This document shows positions 36,101 through 38,657 of a DNA stretch of 38,657 bases, one piece after another. Position 1 is the stretch's first letter. The number at the start of each line of letters is the position of its first letter. This DNA is from Acidobacteriaceae bacterium. Lineage in GTDB: Bacteria; Acidobacteriota; Terriglobia; Terriglobales; Acidobacteriaceae. A program made the position numbers and the translations under genes. Under the pieces are notes generated by a model. It was not told the origin of the DNA. It worked only from the letters and a program-made list of their open reading frames with translations, and did no database searches. The stretch lies in the NCBI GenBank assembly GCA_036376445.1, contig DASVAI010000298.1:1-38657 (forward strand). The letters run 5' to 3'.

Positions 36101-36562
36101 CATGCTGCTGCGGGCAACGGCCCGGAAGCAGAGCGATGGTGGCATCGCGCCGCGCGCGACGCAGGCGATTTCCAGCAGATGAGCGTGCTCAGCGTCTCCG
36201 ACATGACGTATTGGCGGGGCGCTGCGCTCGAAGAACTGCATCTGCATGAACAGGCACAGCAGGTGTTCCAGCAGATCGCTGCGTACGCCGATGCACTTGA
36301 ACAGCAGGAGCCGAAGATCGACTATTTCGCGACTTCCCTTCCGACCATGTTGCTCTTCCATGAAGATCTCGCTCATCGTAACCGAGTGCTTGCCGCCTTT
36401 CTGCGGGCGCAGGCCGCCTACGGTCGCGATGGCGCAAAAGCCGCCATTCGAAAGCTGCATGCTGTGCTTGCGCTCGACAGCAATCATGCCGGAGCGTCGG
36501 ACCTGCTTCAGCAAGCCGAGCTTGCGTCAAGCGAGACACAGAGTACGGCAAGGACACGATAG
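33143..36562 (+). CDS. DUF5107 domain + TPR protein (YphG-like)
   Basis: PMFLETRVYQGSSGRVYP, LPQIGGRI, DFFYRQNVIKPALVGLAGPWVSGGVEFNWPQHHRP, PGKKQWTWG and YIELMAGVYTDNQPDF, then TPRs, FQPWEGGEG and IDYFATSLP. Confidence 0.88.
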   Translation: MPGKPALPPFRLHLPPAPPEEKGAVKAWRQPVALRTYMPHPADRNPMFLETRVYQGSSGRVYPIPFVDRITETPVEHLWDAVHIENPWLRLMVLPQIGGRIHVGLDKTNGYDFFYRQNVIKPALVGLAGPWVSGGVEFNWPQHHRPATFMPVETEIEQHPDGSVTIWCSDHDPMQRMKGMHGLCLHPNKALVELKVRLYNRTPYQQTFLWWANAAARVHEKYQSFFPPDVRYVADHAKRAITAFPHSDRPYYGVDYPARVRNGVPEEQQPLQFRPDGSYSPDDLSWYANIPVPTSYMITSTKEDFFGGYDHRAEAGVLHIADHRIAPGKKQWTWGNHEFGYAWDRSLTDSDGPYIELMAGVYTDNQPDFSFLAPGETKSFSQFWYPLQRIGPPQAANLKCALSLTVREREVRIGVQSTTSLQNVTVTLTYKGSIAGQWVRDIFIGKPLILEHTIASAATETDLAVSIDQDSASLLRYAPGEVTPAPVPEVATEPPAPSAIASIEELYITGLHLAQYRHATRRPEIYWREALRRDPLDARTNTALGEWHMRCGEFSTAEALLRKAIDRLTMLNPNPADGQAFYLLGLTLRFLERHTESYDAFSKASWNAGWKAAACYALAQADAAVGRWEGALEHLHRSLACNAENLNARNLTVLALRALDRNDEATAVLAVTRGFDPLDHWSRHLALGEAPADQQALLDLVWDYAHCGQIATAVQLLQAADSACRDGSAPLLLYTLGFFLHRMGRKEEGDRAWQSGAATAPDYCFPHRLEEMLVLQSVVEAAPRDARAPYYLGNLLYDRRRYEEAIELWQHAAALDPSFPTVHRNLGIALFNVRHDASAAVIAFDRARGADPQDGRILYERDQLWKRTGIAPERRLAELLRHGELIGLRDDLSLELIALYNQTGQPELALHELLARNFQPWEGGEGLVLSQFVRARLLLARRATAENKPAEAISHLEAALHPPESLGEARHLLANKSDIEYALGMSHAAAGNGPEAERWWHRAARDAGDFQQMSVLSVSDMTYWRGAALEELHLHEQAQQVFQQIAAYADALEQQEPKIDYFATSLPTMLLFHEDLAHRNRVLAAFLRAQAAYGRDGAKAAIRKLHAVLALDSNHAGASDLLQQAELASSETQSTARTR

Positions 36563-36564
36563 CT

Positions 36565-37992
36565 GTGCACGCTGCACCGTCTGCTGCTGCGTCCTTCGAG
36601 CCACAGGCGCAGCATCTTCGCCTGGGATATCTCGTTTGGATCGCTGCCATCGCCGCGCTGGGCGGCTTTCTCTTTGGCTACGACTGGGTGGTGATCGGCG
36701 GTGCCAAGCCTTTCTATGAGGCTTACTTCCATCTCACGACCGACACACTCATCGGCTGGGCCAATAGCTGCGCGCTGGTGGGCTGCCTTGCCGGGTCACT
36801 GCTCTCCGGAATGCTGAGCGACCGGCTGGGACGCAAGCGATCGCTGCTGCTCGCCGGCGCATTGTTTGCTGTGTCTTCCGTGCTCACGGGCTGGGCCTTT
36901 TCCTTTTCTGCGTTCGTTGGGTGGCGCATTGTGGGCGGTCTAGCGATTGGTCTCGCGTCCAACATTTCACCGATGTACATCGCCGAAATCAGCCCGGCAC
37001 AGTGGCGCGGCCGCTTTGTCAGCCTCAACCAACTCGCGATCGTCTGCGGGATTCTGGGCGCACAGATCTTCGACTGGCAGATCGGCACACGCGGCGCTGC
37101 GCTCTTCAGCGGCTCACTTTCGGCCGCAGCCTGGGATGCGCAGTACGGATGGCGATGGATGTTTACTGCAGTCGCTGTGCCGGCGGTGCTGCTGTTTGTT
37201 CTTGCCGGAACCATTCCGGAGAGCCCACGATGGCTGGTCTCGCGCGAACGAGTGACAGATGCGGAAGCAGTCCTTGCCGGCATGGGCGGCCGCGACTATG
37301 CACGCGAGATGGTGCGCACGATTGCAGGGCACCTGCAGCGAGATCGCACACAGGCTCGCGGCTGGCGCGAGCTGGCCTCTCCCGGCATCCGCCGATTGGT
37401 GCTCATCGGCATCGGACTTGCGGTGCTGCAGCAATGGAGCGGAATCAACATCCTCTTCAACTACGCGGAAGAGGTCTATCGCAGCGCCGGCTACACCGTG
37501 AGCGACATTCTGTTCAACATCGTGATCACGGGCGCGATCAATCTTGTCTTTACGTTGCTGGCAATGCTCTTTGTCGATCGCATCGGACGCCGTTTTCTGA
37601 TGCTGCTTGGCTGCGCCAGTGTTGGAGTGGTCCACATTGCGCTCGCTGTCGTGTACCACCTGCATCTGCGTGGACTGCCCATCCTCTTGCTGACGCTCTG
37701 CGCGATTGGCTGTTATGCCATGACACTCGCCCCTGTGACGTGGGTTCTGATCACAGAGATATTCCCCAACCGAGTCCGGGCGCGGGGCGTTTCGATTGCA
37801 GTGTCCGCGCTTTGGGCTTCCTCCTTCCTGCTCACGTTTTCATTTCCTGCTCTCACCGGCGCGTTTGGGCAATCTGGCGCGTTTATCGTTTACGGCATTA
37901 CATGCCTTGTGGGCTGGATCTTCGTGCGTTCGCTGGTTCCCGAGACGAAAGGTCGCAGCCTGGAAGAGATTGAAGACAGGACCAGCACTTGA
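36565..37992 (+). CDS. Sugar porter family MFS transporter (XylE/AraE-like)
   Basis: GGFLFGYD, DRLGRK, PMYIAEISP..RG, PESPRWL, QQWSGIN, DRIGRR, EIFPNRVR and PETKGRSLEEIE. Confidence 0.95.
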   Translation: MHAAPSAAASFEPQAQHLRLGYLVWIAAIAALGGFLFGYDWVVIGGAKPFYEAYFHLTTDTLIGWANSCALVGCLAGSLLSGMLSDRLGRKRSLLLAGALFAVSSVLTGWAFSFSAFVGWRIVGGLAIGLASNISPMYIAEISPAQWRGRFVSLNQLAIVCGILGAQIFDWQIGTRGAALFSGSLSAAAWDAQYGWRWMFTAVAVPAVLLFVLAGTIPESPRWLVSRERVTDAEAVLAGMGGRDYAREMVRTIAGHLQRDRTQARGWRELASPGIRRLVLIGIGLAVLQQWSGINILFNYAEEVYRSAGYTVSDILFNIVITGAINLVFTLLAMLFVDRIGRRFLMLLGCASVGVVHIALAVVYHLHLRGLPILLLTLCAIGCYAMTLAPVTWVLITEIFPNRVRARGVSIAVSALWASSFLLTFSFPALTGAFGQSGAFIVYGITCLVGWIFVRSLVPETKGRSLEEIEDRTST

Positions 37993-37996
37993 TGCT

Positions 37997-38657
37997 TTAG
38001 CCGCTATGCGTCTCGAGAACAGCAGCGGCGCGCGCCTTGCTTCGCACACGGTCGGCAAAGAGCGGCAGATTGCTGCGGAAGATCGTATGCGGCGCCAGCC
38101 GCGTGGCATGCTCAGGACGCACTCGCTCGACCAGGTAGCGCAGTAAGATCTCGAATGCTGTCTTGCCCTGCGCGAAGGGCCGCTGGTATAGCGTTGCGAG
38201 GATCCGGCCGCTTTCGAGCAGCGGAATCAGTTCTGGAAAGAGATCCGTGCACAACACCTGCACTTTGCCCAGCAGTTGCTGCTCTTCAAGAACTCGGAGA
38301 ACCGGCAGGCTGTTCGCCGTGCTCACGTAAATGCCGCGAACGTCGGGATGGCGCTTCAGCAGATTTCGCGTCTGCCGCAGCGCTTCCTGCGCGCTTTCAT
38401 GCGATTCCACCGCCGGCAGGAGCGACAAGTGCGGAGCCAGCAGCGCCAGGTTGGCGGCGAAACCGCGCAGCTTCTCTGCATGGTCCAGCACATGCAGTTC
38501 GCCCGTGATCATAGCCACGGAAGCTGGACGCTGCATCGTACGGCCGAGCAACTCTGCGGCAAGCGCGCCGCTCACGTATGCATCGACGGACACCGCAGCT
38601 ATCCGCTCGCTGTGCGGCGCATCTGTCGCAACGCACACCATCGCCGTCCCGGAACGG
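37997..38657 (-). CDS. LacI-family transcriptional regulator, C-terminal ligand-binding domain (5' part outside the window)
   Basis: Periplasmic-binding-protein-like fold: VCVATDAP.S.R, SG.LAAELL, K..GF, GIYVSTANS, TDL and ATLYQRPFAQG; frame is open to the window edge, so the HTH is not visible. Confidence 0.75.
   Translation of the reverse strand, partial: RSGTAMVCVATDAPHSERIAAVSVDAYVSGALAAELLGRTMQRPASVAMITGELHVLDHAEKLRGFAANLALLAPHLSLLPAVESHESAQEALRQTRNLLKRHPDVRGIYVSTANSLPVLRVLEEQQLLGKVQVLCTDLFPELIPLLESGRILATLYQRPFAQGKTAFEILLRYLVERVRPEHATRLAPHTIFRSNLPLFADRVRSKARAAAVLETHSG

Noticed and set aside
1-38657. CRISPR array, tRNA/rRNA, intact transposase/integrase, anti-phage defence genes
   Set aside because: No regularly spaced repeats, cloverleafs or relevant protein motifs found by eye.

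Overview
Bacterial window whose gene content (carboxypeptidase-regulatory-type TonB-dependent receptors, DUF5107-TPR, TPR proteins) suggests an Acidobacterium; the taxon is my inference. From left to right: (1) a RibD/DHFR-like gene and a divergent secreted GtaA/DUF4965-type 'glutaminase'. (2) A decayed zone (about 3300-4640) with a probable frameshifted TniQ remnant, a possible Tn7-like end and an alpha-carbonic anhydrase pseudogene. (3) A Ysc84/SYLF-like protein. (4) A tightly packed five-gene redox operon behind a perfect 18-bp palindrome: two uncharacterised proteins, an SthA-like flavoprotein lacking the motif cysteines, a phenol-MetA-type outer-membrane barrel and a DyP peroxidase. This is the best candidate for an undescribed system. 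(5) A convergent ethanolamine gamma-glutamylation cluster (eat, GlnA-like ligase, SDR, ALDH) with an EutR-like AraC regulator but no hydrolase. (6) A large glycan-utilisation-like locus: two TonB receptors flanking a sugar-binding protein/histidine kinase/response regulator trio, an unassigned GH-like protein, a TPR protein, DUF5107-TPR, a sugar porter and a partial LacI regulator. I saw no rRNA, tRNA or CRISPR array. All family calls come from motif recognition by eye, not database searches.
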